Under the pieces are notes generated by a model. That model was not told where the DNA came from, ran no database searches, and saw nothing but the letters and a program-made list of their open reading frames with translations. Of a stretch of 64,000 bases of DNA, positions 23,001-35,900 are shown one piece after another (position 1 is the first letter of the stretch; the number at the start of each line of letters is the position of its first letter). The translations under genes and the position numbers were made by a program. This DNA comes from Asterias rubens (taxonomy: Eukaryota): positions 11,408,001-11,472,000 of the forward strand of contig NC_047078.1 of the NCBI RefSeq assembly GCF_902459465.1, in the 5' to 3' direction.

Positions 23001-24796
23001 TGCCAATAATGCATCAGACCATCCGTCCTCCATCCGCGATGAGTGACACTAGCAATGATAGCATCATCAGTGTTGGTATGGGTCTAGAGACTCTTAGCCC
23101 AGCTCGATCCCCAGGAAGCTCCTCTATCAGTCCACACAGCATCGCCAAGAGTCCGGCTTCATCAGCTTCGCAGAGCTCCAGCAGTAGCCTTCCGGGGGTC
23201 AAAGTCTGTCATCGAGCGAAACTGAGCACATTCCAGCCTCAGCTACAGCGGAATATAGCCGCTCCGATGACGCTTTCAGGAGTGCATGCGTATCCCTCGC
23301 AAGTCCAAGCGCTTCTGACTCACGCAGCTATGCCAAGCATGCTTGTCCCTTCTTCCATCTCTTGCAGTGAGGCCGGCGCAGCGCAGAGTGGGAATTCATT
23401 GATCCGGGCACAGTTGCTAGCGCCGCGGGGTATTGTGGCACAGCTTAGTGGACATCAAGTATCTGCACAAATGTGCAACCCAACGAGTAGTATCTGTACA
23501 CCCCAATTGTCTACGATGCCTATATCATCCCTTATGACAAGCCAGTTAACGAGCCAGGCACACACAGATGCCCTAAGTAGGAAGGATTCATTAGTGGTTA
23601 CTAAAGAGGGTTTGGTACATACAAGCAGTAAACCAATTACATTGACTCTTACAGGAACTAAGGCACCTGGCAAGTCCAGGACCCCACCATCTAGTACTAT
23701 TCCTGCTGCCTTGGCCTTCCATCCAGGAACCCTCTCAAAGCCAGGGACAGTTCCTGTCAATGTAACTCTTACGTTGAAGGGTGCTACAGAGGAGTCTAAA
23801 GGTAGTGGAAGCTCACGGGGACATGGTGGAAAGGCAAAACTGCCAACAGTTGGTGGTCTTTTAGCTGGGCTCGGGATGCCACTTGAGAGCTCTTCATCAC
23901 GGGGACCGAAGAAAGCTACATCTGGATTGTCAAGATCTAAATCTCCCTCACGTGCTGCAGACACAAAGTCAATGAGTCCAGGCTCCGCCAGGTCTGCTCA
24001 ATCAGCAGCCTCCAAGAAACGATCTCAGCAAAAGACCGATGCGGTCACACAAGATCACATCATTACCTTCCACCAGGTCACTTCATCATCTCTGGTTCAA
24101 CCTCAGCAAGCATCTCTTCTGACGTCCCCATTGATCTTCACTAGCGCTGCAGCTGGTGTCCAGCCCACTATGTCTGGATTGGTGTTTCAGCCTCAGGTAG
24201 CTTCTCATGGACAGCTCACAACAACCTCTAGTAGGAAGACCCCACCTTCTTTATCCGCCACTCAGGCTTCTGCAATTCGCACTCTGACCTCACTAGCTTC
24301 TCAAAGGAAGCTGAAAGAGATACCCAGTACCAGTGGGGTCGGTACAGCTTCTGGTAGCTTTGGTTCCTCACACGCAGAGCTACCATCTATACCAATGTCT
24401 TTACTGATGTCCACTGGACCTCACAGTGTAACCACTAGTCAGGGTCTAAAAACGGTGTCAGTAGTGGGATCGCATGGGAGATCTCTTCCAAAAGGAGCCA
24501 TTCCTGTTATGACCAACCCGCTTCTTTCAGCAGGAATTCCAGCCAACCTAGCCCCAGGGAAAGGTGTCATTCTTCAGGTACCAATAGGTTCCAAGCTTGT
24601 GTCTGCCATTCCATCCACATCTTTGTCTTTAAACAAGCCGAAAATCACCACCCCTATCACTGTGACCTCCTCAGCTTTAACCTCTCAAATGACAGCAGCG
24701 TTAAACCAAGGTGCCAATTTAGCTGCTCAGAACCAACCAGCAAAATCTACCCAAGCGTCTCGTGTACTCACAGCACATGATGATGACAAGAACTAA
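7605..24796 (+). CDS. NFRKB: Nuclear factor related to kappa-B-binding protein (INO80 subunit G). Coding exons: 7605-7869, 8500-8726, 9831-9964, 10372-10567, 10933-11048, 11223-11253, 11823-11871, 12061-12198, 13372-13493, 14516-14609, 14925-15165, 16235-16515, 17196-17328, 17635-17695, 18381-18555, 20759-20986, 21983-22062, 22982-24796; about 1461 aa
   Basis: DEUBAD-like region ([12 protein letters not shown]), winged-helix-like region (NFFSFLRD...SALNVWF) and the highly conserved block QPHKAYTY...VVGPVKG...[45 protein letters not shown]...[26 protein letters not shown], followed by a Ser/Thr/Pro-rich tail. Exon phases sum to an open frame (4386 nt). The exact N-terminal start is less certain. 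Confidence 0.95.
12902..13249 (+). mobile_element. Kolobok/T2-like MITE in an NFRKB intron
   Basis: TTAA|AGGCAGTGTACACC...AATAGTGTCCAGGGTCT; internal sequence matches the family. Confidence 0.75.
15320..15610 (-). mobile_element. tRNA-derived SINE. Other copies or fragments lie at about 10745-10815(-), 14825-14873(+), 15255-15290(+), 18115-18240(+), 32140-32232(-), 34335-34415(-), 45557-45615(+), 46695-46720(+), 47690-48060, 51300-51400(-) and 57860-57930(+)
   Basis: A-box-like (G)ACCGAGCGGTTAAGAGC and B-box GGTTCG(A/G)ATCCC followed by GTGACACTTG. None folds as a complete tRNA. Confidence 0.7.
17736..17864. mobile_element. 129-bp palindromic MITE, TTA TSD (PIF/Harbinger-like)
   Basis: TIR (G)GCCGTGTCCGAAACGACGACTTCGG; TTA on both sides. 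Confidence 0.75.
18593..20247 (+). repeat. Telomere-like minisatellite: about 46 copies of the 36-bp unit TTAGGG-TAA(G/T)GA-TTAGGG-TTGGGG-TTAGGA-TTAGAG, in the NFRKB intron 18556-20758
   Basis: Directly visible. The unit is six degenerate TTAGGG hexamers with few variant positions. Confidence 0.97.
21048..21165 (-). mobile_element. 118-bp poly(A)-tailed retroposed insertion with a perfect 20-bp TSD (TTGAGACCATTTAAAGAACT at 21028-21047 and 21166-21185)
   Basis: Exact 20-bp direct repeats, with a T-run at the left end (minus-strand A tail). Confidence 0.7.
22171..22579 (+). mobile_element. Kolobok/T2-like MITE with an embedded (AAT)n LINE-type tail. A second degenerate copy follows at about 22583-22880
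   Basis: Family TIRs and internal motifs. Confidence 0.7.
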
Positions 24797-26947
24797 AGAG
24801 TTGTTTAAAAATAAAAAATCTTAAAAAATATTTACAGTGTGTGCAAAAAGTAATCTGTTTCGGTCCAACAGACTACAGATTTAGGAAACGAGATCGGCGC
24901 TTGTTGGCAATGGATTAAGTTAAAGTATACCTTTAATTTTGGGTTTACTCCCTACAAGTGTAGAAACATATTTTGCAAAACTAGCCTGTAAAAATTTAAT
25001 TTTAACAGGTGGTGGCATTTTCATTAACTAAGATTATTACCAAAAATCTCAAAAGGTTGTTTCCATGCAGGAAGAATAATCCGTAATTTGAATACACAAT
25101 CAGAGGAGCTTTAAAAATGTTTTTAGGAGATGCAGCCTTTTTTTGACTGATACAATGATGTATTTTTCTTCATTTTAACATTATTTTGATAATTTGTAAC
25201 ACACATTGACAAGTTTGTATTATTTGTAACTATAGTTGGGCAGTTAGAATAAAATGTGTGAACCAAACTGGAGGGCACAAAGTGACCTGAAATGACGCAT
25301 TGTTGTCGTGTTTGTTTTCACTGATGGACCAAGCAAATTGCCCAGTTGGATTTTCGTCTGTTTCGAACTATAAGATCCTCTGCACAATTTGTAAAACTGC
25401 TTTTTGCATTTATTACAGCTCCTGATGTATGGGGTCTATTTATCAAGAGATGGGATTATCTGGCAAAAATAAACACTTTTTTTTTCAAGTAAAACATTCA
25501 CAAAAATTACAACTTGTTCCAACTTATATGCATTTTTCAAGGACATTCTGGTCTTTTCCTATGAAATTGCCATAAATGACCTTATACATGTAGTTCTGAG
25601 CTGACGATTTGTACAGGTTATTGTGGGGCTTAAAATGAAGGGAATACTTTGTGAAGAACACGTTTTACTTTTCTTGTTTAAAATGTAATAATGTGGCGGT
25701 GATTTTGCCTTCACGTCGTATTTCGGTTTGATTAAAACGAAATGTTTTCGTTGTGGCAGTCAAGTTGTTTAAACGTTTTAGTTTTGTTTGAAATTGCTAC
25801 AGTATGACAGCGTGATGTATCAAAGGCAGTTAAACAAAAACTTAGCGGAATTGATCCACTCATATTGTGAAGCCAGTCAGTCCTTGCGCCTGCGCCACAC
25901 GGCTGCTCCGAGGATCAAAGTGTCTATGTGGTCGGTTTTTATAATGTAAAAAATACAAACTTACACGTGGTAATACGCACATCAGCTTAGGATATTGTAA
26001 TGCATTTTGAGAAACATTTCACTGCGAAGTAAGTGGTTATGTAAAAACATATCACTGTTATCCCCCTGATAATGAATATAGGAAGCGTTACCGGTAACGC
26101 TTCCAGTATTGTGTGTGCTTCTAAGGGATGATTGTTCCTGTGTGGAGAAAAAGCCTGCATGCAAAACGAACATAATAACATCCATGCCCTATAAGAATAT
26201 TCAAGAGTTACAACACATCACCCTTTAACTTTATATTATAATTTTAATAGGCCAAGGTTTATTTTAAGTCTGGTTTTCACAATGGGTAACCATGACTTTA
26301 ATTTTTTGTTGCTGATTGTGCGTAATAACTTGATATTTTCGAAACGGTACTTTGTAGGTAGGCTACGCCTCCAAAGTGATTTGGAAACCTTGCGGTTTCG
26401 GCTTGAGCGGCGTTGGCATTGCGGACAGAGTTCTCGTTTCGAAGACTGCATTTTGCAAGGATCATCCATTTGATTTCATAGGGGTTTGTTTTCAGTTTCT
26501 GCTTGATTCCAGAATTCAACAGGACAGTGTTAATTTCCCCAACGGAAATATACTGTTTTCGGTAGGCCTAAGCGCGGTTATTGTGTGCTCAAACTTATCA
26601 TTAATTAAGTTGTGCAGCTTCGAATGTAATGATAATCAATGTGTTTTTCGGTAATGTCGGCGCACTACATCATTTGGAAAGAAACTTAGGCCACGCCTTA
26701 AACCAGGCAGCAATGCATTTGTGTGATGTGTCTGTAAGACCCTCTCAACCAATGAGGACGCATGCTTGGGCGTTTTTCGCTTGAATACGTGTTCTGGACT
26801 CCCGGTCTAGAACTGTTTCTGTGATATTTTTTTTATCTCTTTCCATTTATAAAACGAATATTTTGTTATGTACATGACTTATAATATAGTCACGGCTACT
26901 AGAAGTCGAATGTTCAGGATCATTTTGATTGTTAGCAAGCTAAGGCA

Positions 26948-29900
26948 ATGTCGGGCCTTGAGTCCCTCGTGCGCTTCGCAACGGCATGCTCAGTAATATC
27001 AGCATGGTGGTCTGTAACCGTTACAGCTACAGCGAGCGGGTCGCAGAACGAGACTGGTACCGTGCAAAGCTCCGTCAGCCCCCTGTATATCGGAGCGTTC
27101 TTCCCCTTCCAACACAGCTCAACGCTGAAGTTTCAACCAGTGGTGGCACAGACGGCCTTAGATCATATCAACAGTTTACCGGGAATTCTGGATGGATATC
27201 GTCTAGAGATGAGATGGAACTGGACAGGGGTAAGGCAACTTAAATTGTTCATAATTATTTTCTGTCTTCGTTCAACCTAGCTGTTTGTCCGTCCGTTGTG
27301 GGTTCTGTTTGTCTGTCCATCAGACATCCCACACAAGCCTCGGCTTCTAAGATGATGCCCCAATACTTGTTTGGTTTGCTGTCTTTAAAAAGTGCATAAT
27401 TTAGGACTTCCTCCTTTAAAGAGAATGTACAACTTTGGTATTAAGCATCTAAGCACTCCTCAAAGTTTATGGCAATGGTTAAAGGCATCGTTAACCTGTT
27501 GTTCTCGGAACCGTTCGATTGTTTAATCATACAAATGTAGTTGTAAACAATAAAAAATAACCTGAGGAAAATTTCATTTTTTTTTTTAGATTTCGCTAAA
27601 ACTCGAGTTCGATATGTCCACGCAGGAAGAATAATCCCTTATGGTACTGGACACTATTGGTAATTGTTTTAAAATAAATGTAAGCATACAACTTACTTAT
27701 TAGCGAGCAATGGCGAGATGTTGATGTTGTGAGAAACGGATCCCTCTGCAGTAAAGTCGTTTTCAAGAAAGAAGTTATTTCTCACTGAAATAATTTGAAT
27801 TTGATTTCAAGACCTTGATGATGTATAACACCGTTTCCCACAATGATGATACTATCAAGAGCTCTCTATTGCTCGATATACCAGCAAGTATGGTTTTATG
27901 CTGACATACAGATTCCAATCTTCTCTGAAGCGACGGGTGAACCACTATTTTCCCGCAGCTAAGATTTGACCTCGAGTCCATTCTTGGTGTATTATATGAG
28001 AGGGTTTGACAATGGCAGATTCTGCTGCTGCCGTGTTCTTTGACACCGCGACATTTTCTCCTCGGTAAAGAGGAAATGTCTCCACTGAGAGCATTTTAAG
28101 GGCATCAATGCAATGACCAGATGCCATCGAGGCAATCGCCTTCGTTGCCTCCGTGTATCAGGCCTACTCGAGATATCATTAAGACACTGGACATTATTGG
28201 TAATTGTCAATGACTAGCCTTCACAGTTGGTGTATCTCAACATGCATAAAATAACAAACCTGTGAACATTTGAGCTCAATCGGTCGACGAAGTTGCGAGA
28301 TTTATAGTAATGAAAGAAAAACACCCTCTGTCACACGAAGTTGTGTGCGTTTATAGATGGTTGAGTTCGAGACCTCAAGTTCTAAATCGCAGGTCTCGAA
28401 ATCAAACTCGTGGAAAATTACTTCTTTCTCGAAAACTATGTCACTTCAGAGGGAGCCGTTTTTCACAATATTTTACACCATCAACCTCTCCCCATTACTC
28501 GTCACCAAGTGAGGTTTTATGCTAATGATTATTTAGAGTAATAACCAATAGTGTCCACTGCCTTTAACCAATAATAAACAATGCATTGAGATAGGCTGTG
28601 TTTTGGGTGTTTTTTATAGCTAAAAACCCGATACAAAAATCCTCTAGACTTTTGTTTAGTTTGGCAATACTAGAAACATGGATCAATGTCAATAAAACTT
28701 CGAGGTCAACTAATCCATGATAGGATATCAAGTCTTGTTCGTGCACGACCCCCCTCCCCACCGATTGTATGAGTATTATAGAGATTGGTTGGATTTTGTT
28801 TTAACATCATAAAATCCGCTCCGTAACGGCATTCATATTGCCTACCGAGCTGACCCAATTTAAAAAGATTTTGTGTTTTCATAATCTGACATTTATTGAA
28901 ATTTAAAAAAGAAGCCTATAGACTCTCAATGGAATGCACGTGTAGACTGCTTGTAGTTTTCTTTAAGAAGAGATTCATCACCTTTTTACCCTGAATTGTT
29001 TCGTTTTCTTTTGATGAAATAGTCAAATAAAAAATGTACTACACCGTTTCGTAAAATCTGAGGGAGAGTATGCCTTAAGGATCCCATGGCCATATCCGAC
29101 CTTTCATCGGTGGGGATATAATATCAACCCCACAGTAGCCTTTTGTCAAGGTCTTCGTGGGGCAAACAGCGGAGCGACTGGACCGGGAGACCACGCGATC
29201 GAGTCGAGTGGCGATCGGGGAGCGCACAATCGGGGAGGCTTCGCCACTTGCGTGTGTGGTCATTCAATCAATCAAATAAACATTTATAAAGCGCCAAAAT
29301 CAAAAGTTTGTATTTGGGCACCAACTGAGGGAACATTATTGGTGGAACACCTCCTGAAACAGGTGAGCTTTCAGGTAACCAATAATAAACAATGCATGGA
29401 GATAGGCTGTGTTTTGGGGTTTTTTTTATAGCTAAAAACCTGATACAAAAATCCTCTAGACTTTTGTTTAGTTTGGCAATACGAGAAACATGGATCAATG
29501 CCAATCAAACTTCGAGGTCAACTAATCCATGATAGGATATCAAGTCTTGTTCGTGCACGACCCCCCTCCCCACCGATTGTATGAGTATTATAGAGATTGG
29601 TTGGATTTTGTTTTAACATCATAAAATCCGCTCCGTAACGGCATTCATATTGCCTACCGAGCTGACCCAATTTAAAAAGATTTTGTGTTTTCATAATCTG
29701 ACATTTATTGAAATTTAAAAAAGAAGCCTATAGACTCTCAATGGAATGCACGTGTAGACTGCTTGTAGTTTTCTTTTAGAAGAGATTCATCACCTTTTTA
29801 CCCTGAATTGTTTCGTTTTCTTTTGATGAAATAGTCAAATAAAAAATGTACTACACCGTTTCGTAAAATCTGAGTGAGAGTATGCCTTAAGGATCCCATG

Positions 29901-32900
29901 GCCATATCCGACCTTTCATCGGTGGGGATATATCAACCCCACAGTAGCCTTTTGTCAAGGTCTTCGTGGGGCAAACAGCGGAGCGACTGGACCGGGAGAC
30001 CACGCGATCGAGTCGAGTGGCGATCGGGGAGCGCACAATCGGGGAGGCTTCGCCACTTGCGTGTGTGGTCATTTAATCAATCAATCAAACAAAAATTTAT
30101 AAAGCGCCAAAATCAAAGGTTTGTATTTGGGCACCAACTGAGGGAACATTATTGGTGGAACACCTCCTGAAACAGGTGAGCTTTCAGGAGTGTCTTAAAG
30201 TATGCAGTGGGGTGGTCTCCCTTTTCCATCACTCAGAAAAATATTTACACAATTTGTGTAAAAAAAACCATGTTTTAGAGGCAGGGGGTGAACCTGCTAA
30301 CAGTTAGGTAAACTTTTACCAGTTCGTTGCAGGGTAAAACTTACACAACAAAGACTTACAAACTTACTTCGTTTAGGAGTAAACATATTTACCTAAATTT
30401 TCAGTAAACACTAGATATGTAAAATATTACACATTGATTGTGTAAACCTTACACTTATATTACATGTAAAACTATTCCGCGTTACCCTTTTAATGGGCAA
30501 AAACTTTGATTTACCTTATAGCTGTGTAATTATTATTATTTTACCGTTTGTTTAGGTAAAATGTTTACTTGGATTGTTTGTAGTCGTACAAAATTACATC
30601 TTTTTACCGTTGTTTGTACCCTTTTCCCGTCTGAACGTTTGAGTTTGTTCTAACACGACCCTAAGGCCTTACTGCCTGTTTGTGCTCGTTGAGCAAAAGT
30701 TATAAGCATGGGGATTTTGCTCTTTGATGAGCGTATTGAAAGGTGAGTTTCTCAAAAAAATGTCGATCTTCAGTCATATACAGACACTGATGTTTGCGTA
30801 TTATTATTTGTTAGTTTTTACAACCATTTCGGCCTACACGTTTGCCATAAACGTGAACATGTCTGCAGCGCTATAAAGTGAGCATGTGTTGTAACGTGTT
30901 GCAACATGTTGTCTTGCTATATCAGCATTATAGCGCTGTATACATCTTCAAGTTCATGGCAAACATGTAGGCCAAATTTTAATGGTTGTAAAACTAACAA
31001 AAAATAATACGACACGCATCAGTAGATATGGCTGTAGATCGTAACAACTTTTGAGAACTCACCTTTTAATACGTCCACCTAGGGGCACAAATCCCCATTC
31101 TTGTAACTTTTGCTCGCCGAGCACGAACGACATGACTGCATGGACTGAGACGTTAGCAACTTGTCACGCAGACACGCGCGTGCGCAAACGCGGGAAAAAC
31201 ATAACTTGCATGTAAACACCGGATTATTTTTCACAGTTCCTTGTAAGACCTACCAATGCTATGTAAAGTTTCTCTTTACTTTGGTAAATCTTACATAACT
31301 TTGATTAACTGCAATACTTACTCTCAAAACATGTATATATTTTTTTACATTACAAATCAGTATATATTTTTGGCCGTGTTTTACTTAAGTTAGGTAGTTT
31401 CTTACATAACTTTTTTTACAAAACATCTTTTTACCATTTGTTTTCTGAGTGGTAGCTTGGCATCGCAGCTCTCCAAGCCACCATGGCCATGCAAAAAGGC
31501 TAACCCCACACTGCCTTTTACACTCGTGACGGTTTAGACAAGGGCGGTACACCTTCAAAGTAGGTTTGCAGGAATCACTGATATTCTGAATTAAGTGTCT
31601 GACATTTCAAGAACCACGCACAGACTTTTTACTTCCTACCTATATTATTTGTTCCTTTTCACAATCCTTTTGTTAAAAATAACATTGGAAAAAAAATACA
31701 AAAAAGCTAGACCATTAATTATAAAGACAGTAACTTCGTGGAGATGTTCATGTTTTCCTTTTTTGCAACAGTTTCTCAATAGGAGGATTTGCTCTTTTGT
31801 TTTGCAGGAGTTGTGCCCTTGGATTTGTTAATACCATGCTGATATAACAAAGATTTTTTTACCGAGTCATGCTTTTTCATTTTTCTTTCCGAAGGTCAGT
31901 GAGTTAAGCCCGTTCATCTTCCCGCAAAGCATACCCCGAGCTTAAGTAACGAGTCTAAGTCTGCTGTGATAGACATTGCTTCGTCTCAGGGCTAATTTTA
32001 CTGAGCTGCTTAAGCAAACAAATGCTGTATAAAAAGATTCTGTCCAACAAAAAAAAAATCAAGATACAAGGTCAAAAATGCGGGTCTGCCATTTTCATAA
32101 CTTTGAGTGTCAATTCCTTTTGACACAATAAAAAATGAACTTGATCTTGGGGGTTGGACAAAGGAAACTTGTTAAGAGTGGGACTCGAACCAACGACCTC
32201 CGGATTAACGTGCCATCGCTCTACCAACTGGGTGGGATAATCTAACTAGCCTAATGTTGGCGGTGTCGCTTTTTCATGTTGGTTGGGAGACTTTCCCGTC
32301 AAACAAACAATTAGGGTGAATTTAAAAGGCAGCCAAAAAGCACGTTTTGGAATGGATTTATCGGTTGTATGATGTTTTTACTGCAAGTAAGCTTGAAATT
32401 GTAATTATCCTCTTGAAATCAACTAATGCTTCCCCCTTTAACTTAAATATCTTATGTGGTTAAACGCAGAATGATAGCCCACAGGGAGCGCTACGTATTC
32501 TGTACAACCTTGTGTTTTATGGTCCACCAGTCGTTGCTGCATTTGGACCCAGTTTACCATCTGAAGCAGCGATAGTCAACCAAGTTGCTGCAAGGTTTAA
32601 TATTGTACAGGTAGGTAGCAAGATTTCAGAATCGCCCAATTCCTCTAAATAAAGTACACACTGTATCCGACACAGCATACAAAAGTTGAAATAACGTCAT
32701 TAAAACGTCAGACGATGACGATGGAACGTTGCATTGACGTTGCACTGACGTCAAAGCCTGACGTTGAGCAAACGATGGTGACATGAACGTATTGTCGACG
32801 TCAACCTGACGTCAATATTGTAACGATAAGATTGTTTTAACTTCGTCTAAATGCTTTTGCTTTAATGTCAACATTTGGAATAGAAATGCCGTCTGTGCAT

Positions 32901-35900
32901 TGCCCTGTGTGGACGTAGGTGAATGTTCCTATCGTCAGTTGCTGAAGTCTTACTGACGTTATGTCAATGTCGGTCAAAAATTCACTTATTTGCACGTTAA
33001 ACGAAATGCAGGTTGGTCTGGCAAGTGGGGGAAAGCTTTCGGACCGGTCAATCTATCCGTACACTGTGAGAGCTTTTCATGTCACTAAGGAAGTTCACAA
33101 CGCCCGGGCCGCGTTCTTTAAAAAGATGGGCTGGAAACGAATCGCGTTTATCTACGAAGACAGTTTGTCATTTCGAGAGGTAAGTTTGGGAGACTGTTGA
33201 AACAATCCTTTTTTTTGTTAAACATGTAAAAGGGGTGATATTCTCTATAGACCTTATGCATTGACGTCATCCAGCCGCCATCTTTGAGGTCAAACGGTGA
33301 CGAAACAATCAAAACGCACATAGATTGACCAATGAACAATCTCCTTTTGACCTCAATGCGGGGGCGCCGTATTGAAATGACGTCATGTGCATAAGGTCTA
33401 TTCGATTCTGGAAGTAAATTATGCCATTGTTTTTTTGAAAACTTAAAACATAAAAGACTTCCTTGCTCGTGACGCAAATGACTTTTGAATGTGTCGAACG
33501 TCTATCATAAGGATCGTAACGATTCTGTAATATTGTTATAAATGTAATAATAGTTTGCGTTTTATCATGTGAAAATAAAACCAAAAACAACAAAGAAAAT
33601 AAAGATCCAGCTGACACTTTGTTGAAGTAACATTAATTTTGTTATGTTGATGCAGAGTAGAGAACGCGTGCAGTTAACTTAGTTTCTACAAGGACAAAAA
33701 TTACAACTAAGCAATGATTAAACATAATTATAAATCGTAGAAATTTACTCGTAATTTTCAGGTTTGATTTGTGTTATTATGCTCATGTTTTGGGGTGTTT
33801 TATCAAATAAAACACAATAAGTTTGACAGAATTGTTTTCTCACTGATTTCACTGTCATTGTGATCTGCAGTACATGACGACATTACAGAGTGTATTGGAA
33901 GCTAACGATGTACAGGTCCTGTTGTCAGAAGGTGTTCAGGATTTCAGCAATTTAGATATCCACCTTCAAAATCTCAAGGTGAGCGAATGGATCAAATCGA
34001 CACAACTATAGACTAAAGCTGGGTCGTCGTATCAAAGCAAACTTGTGTTAAAATAACAGCGATGTCAACAACTCTGGCTTCTCATAGCGCTCATCCGTCA
34101 CTCGGTGACACAAGGTGCTTCAACATATTTTCCTTCATGTGGAGCTAAGTTTTGAAGTATGAGACCTACTCATTTTAAATACCACCATGTAATGGTTTTA
34201 GGTGCTGTGGTGCAATTATGCTTCCAATCAAACCAGGAACACCGGGCAAACCCCTTTCACGTGCGTTACACAACACATTTTGATCATTAGTTTTACTTCC
34301 CATCCAAATGACAAAAGCATTATGTTTGAGCAGTTGTCATGTCGAGGACTCGAACCCACACTCTGCTGATATCAAAATATCTAGAGCTTGAGTCCGATGC
34401 CCTTAACCGTAGGAACGACACACCCAAGCAAGTTTATTAGTCATCATGCCCAAGAAGCAATTATTCTTCATATTTGAGTATACCAAAATACTTGGATATC
34501 CTTGTGCTAATTGTCGAAGACCAGTCTTCTCGCTTGGTGTATCACATCATGTGCATTAAATAAGAAACCTGCAGAAACTTGAACTCAATTTGTCGTCGAA
34601 GTTGCGATAGAATAATGACAGAAGAAACACCCTTGGCCTACGAAGTTCTGTGCTTTTTCAGATGCTTGACTTCGAGACCTCAAATTCTAATTCGGAGGTC
34701 TCAAAATCAAATTCAGTATTTTAGAGGAAAATTACTTACTACGTAACTTCAGAGGGAGCCGTTTCTCACAATGTTTTATACTACCTAATAAGCTATCCAT
34801 TGCTCATTATCAATTAAGTTTGTTTGTGAAAACAAATTATTTGAGTAAAATCCAACGTTGTCCAGTACCTTTTAATGGAAGCAATTGAGCTTTGGTAATT
34901 CCCTTTTGTCTCATTTCAGCGTCAAGACGCAAGAATCATATTCGTTGGATTCTACAAGTTTGTAACTTTGAAGCTTTTTTGCGAGGTGAATATCAGCCCA
35001 TAAAGGGTCCATGTACTTTTTTTAGAAAAAAAAACGATGTCCACAGATTAACATTAAACTTACACAGTTTGAAGATAATGATAGTAGAAAGCTTCACTGA
35101 AAATATGATCTGCTGAGGTGCTGCAGTTTTTGAGAAATAAGTAAAGCAATCTCATGAAAATTGGCTCCCCGATTTTGGCTCCCCGATTTTGACTCCTCAT
35201 TAATGAGGAGTCAAAATCGGGGAGCCATCAGTTCGCGCGAGAGCAGTGAGTTCGCGCGAGAGCAGTGTTGTCGGGGGAGCACTATCTCAGCGCGTGGGGC
35301 CGATTTAACGACTTGTCCACAAGTCTACTTCGACTTGGAAGAGCAACTAATTAATTATTTGGGCTGTCATTCTCTCTATTTCTATAGGGAGCATGGCTCT
35401 GGCCATGCTCCAAAAACCTATTTATATGGGATCAAGTGAGTTGTAGAGATATTTGTGAGTATTATTTTGTGTTTTTCCCTCATTAATGCCCAAATTATTG
35501 TGATTTTGTAGCTCTCTATTTGGATCGTTTTATTTGTAAAACCATGTGTGTATGCCAGGCAGCACTGTCACACACGTGCGTCCGTTAGTCTCTGTGTGTG
35601 CTGACCTTTTTGTGAACTTCGTGCACTGTGTTATGTAGGCTACATGTAGTGTATACTACTGTAGTGTTATAACTTTTTTGTATGTTTTCTATGGGTTGGA
35701 AGTATTAAAACCTGTATAGAAGAGATTTTCATATAAACGTCATTGGCTTATTGACTGTTCCATTTATTGACATATTATGTATTTTGGCGAATGCTCGTCC
35801 TTTATTAAGTAGAGGACCGGCTCTCACCTTCCCGTCTCTCTTTACATTACAAAACAAAAAGTACCCAATTCTTTTAAGTCCATAGTGAAACCGGTTACTT

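Noticed and set aside
27842-28170. Overlapping 60-72 aa ORFs in GPCR intron 1 (and similar ORFs at 26236-26654)
   Set aside because: No recognisable domain or splice sites; likely degraded repeat sequence or chance ORFs.
32690-32830. Cluster of CRE-like TGACGT(CA) motifs in GPCR intron 2
   Set aside because: The pattern looks like subterminal repeats of a transposon remnant, and similar motifs recur in other repeats; no evidence of regulation.
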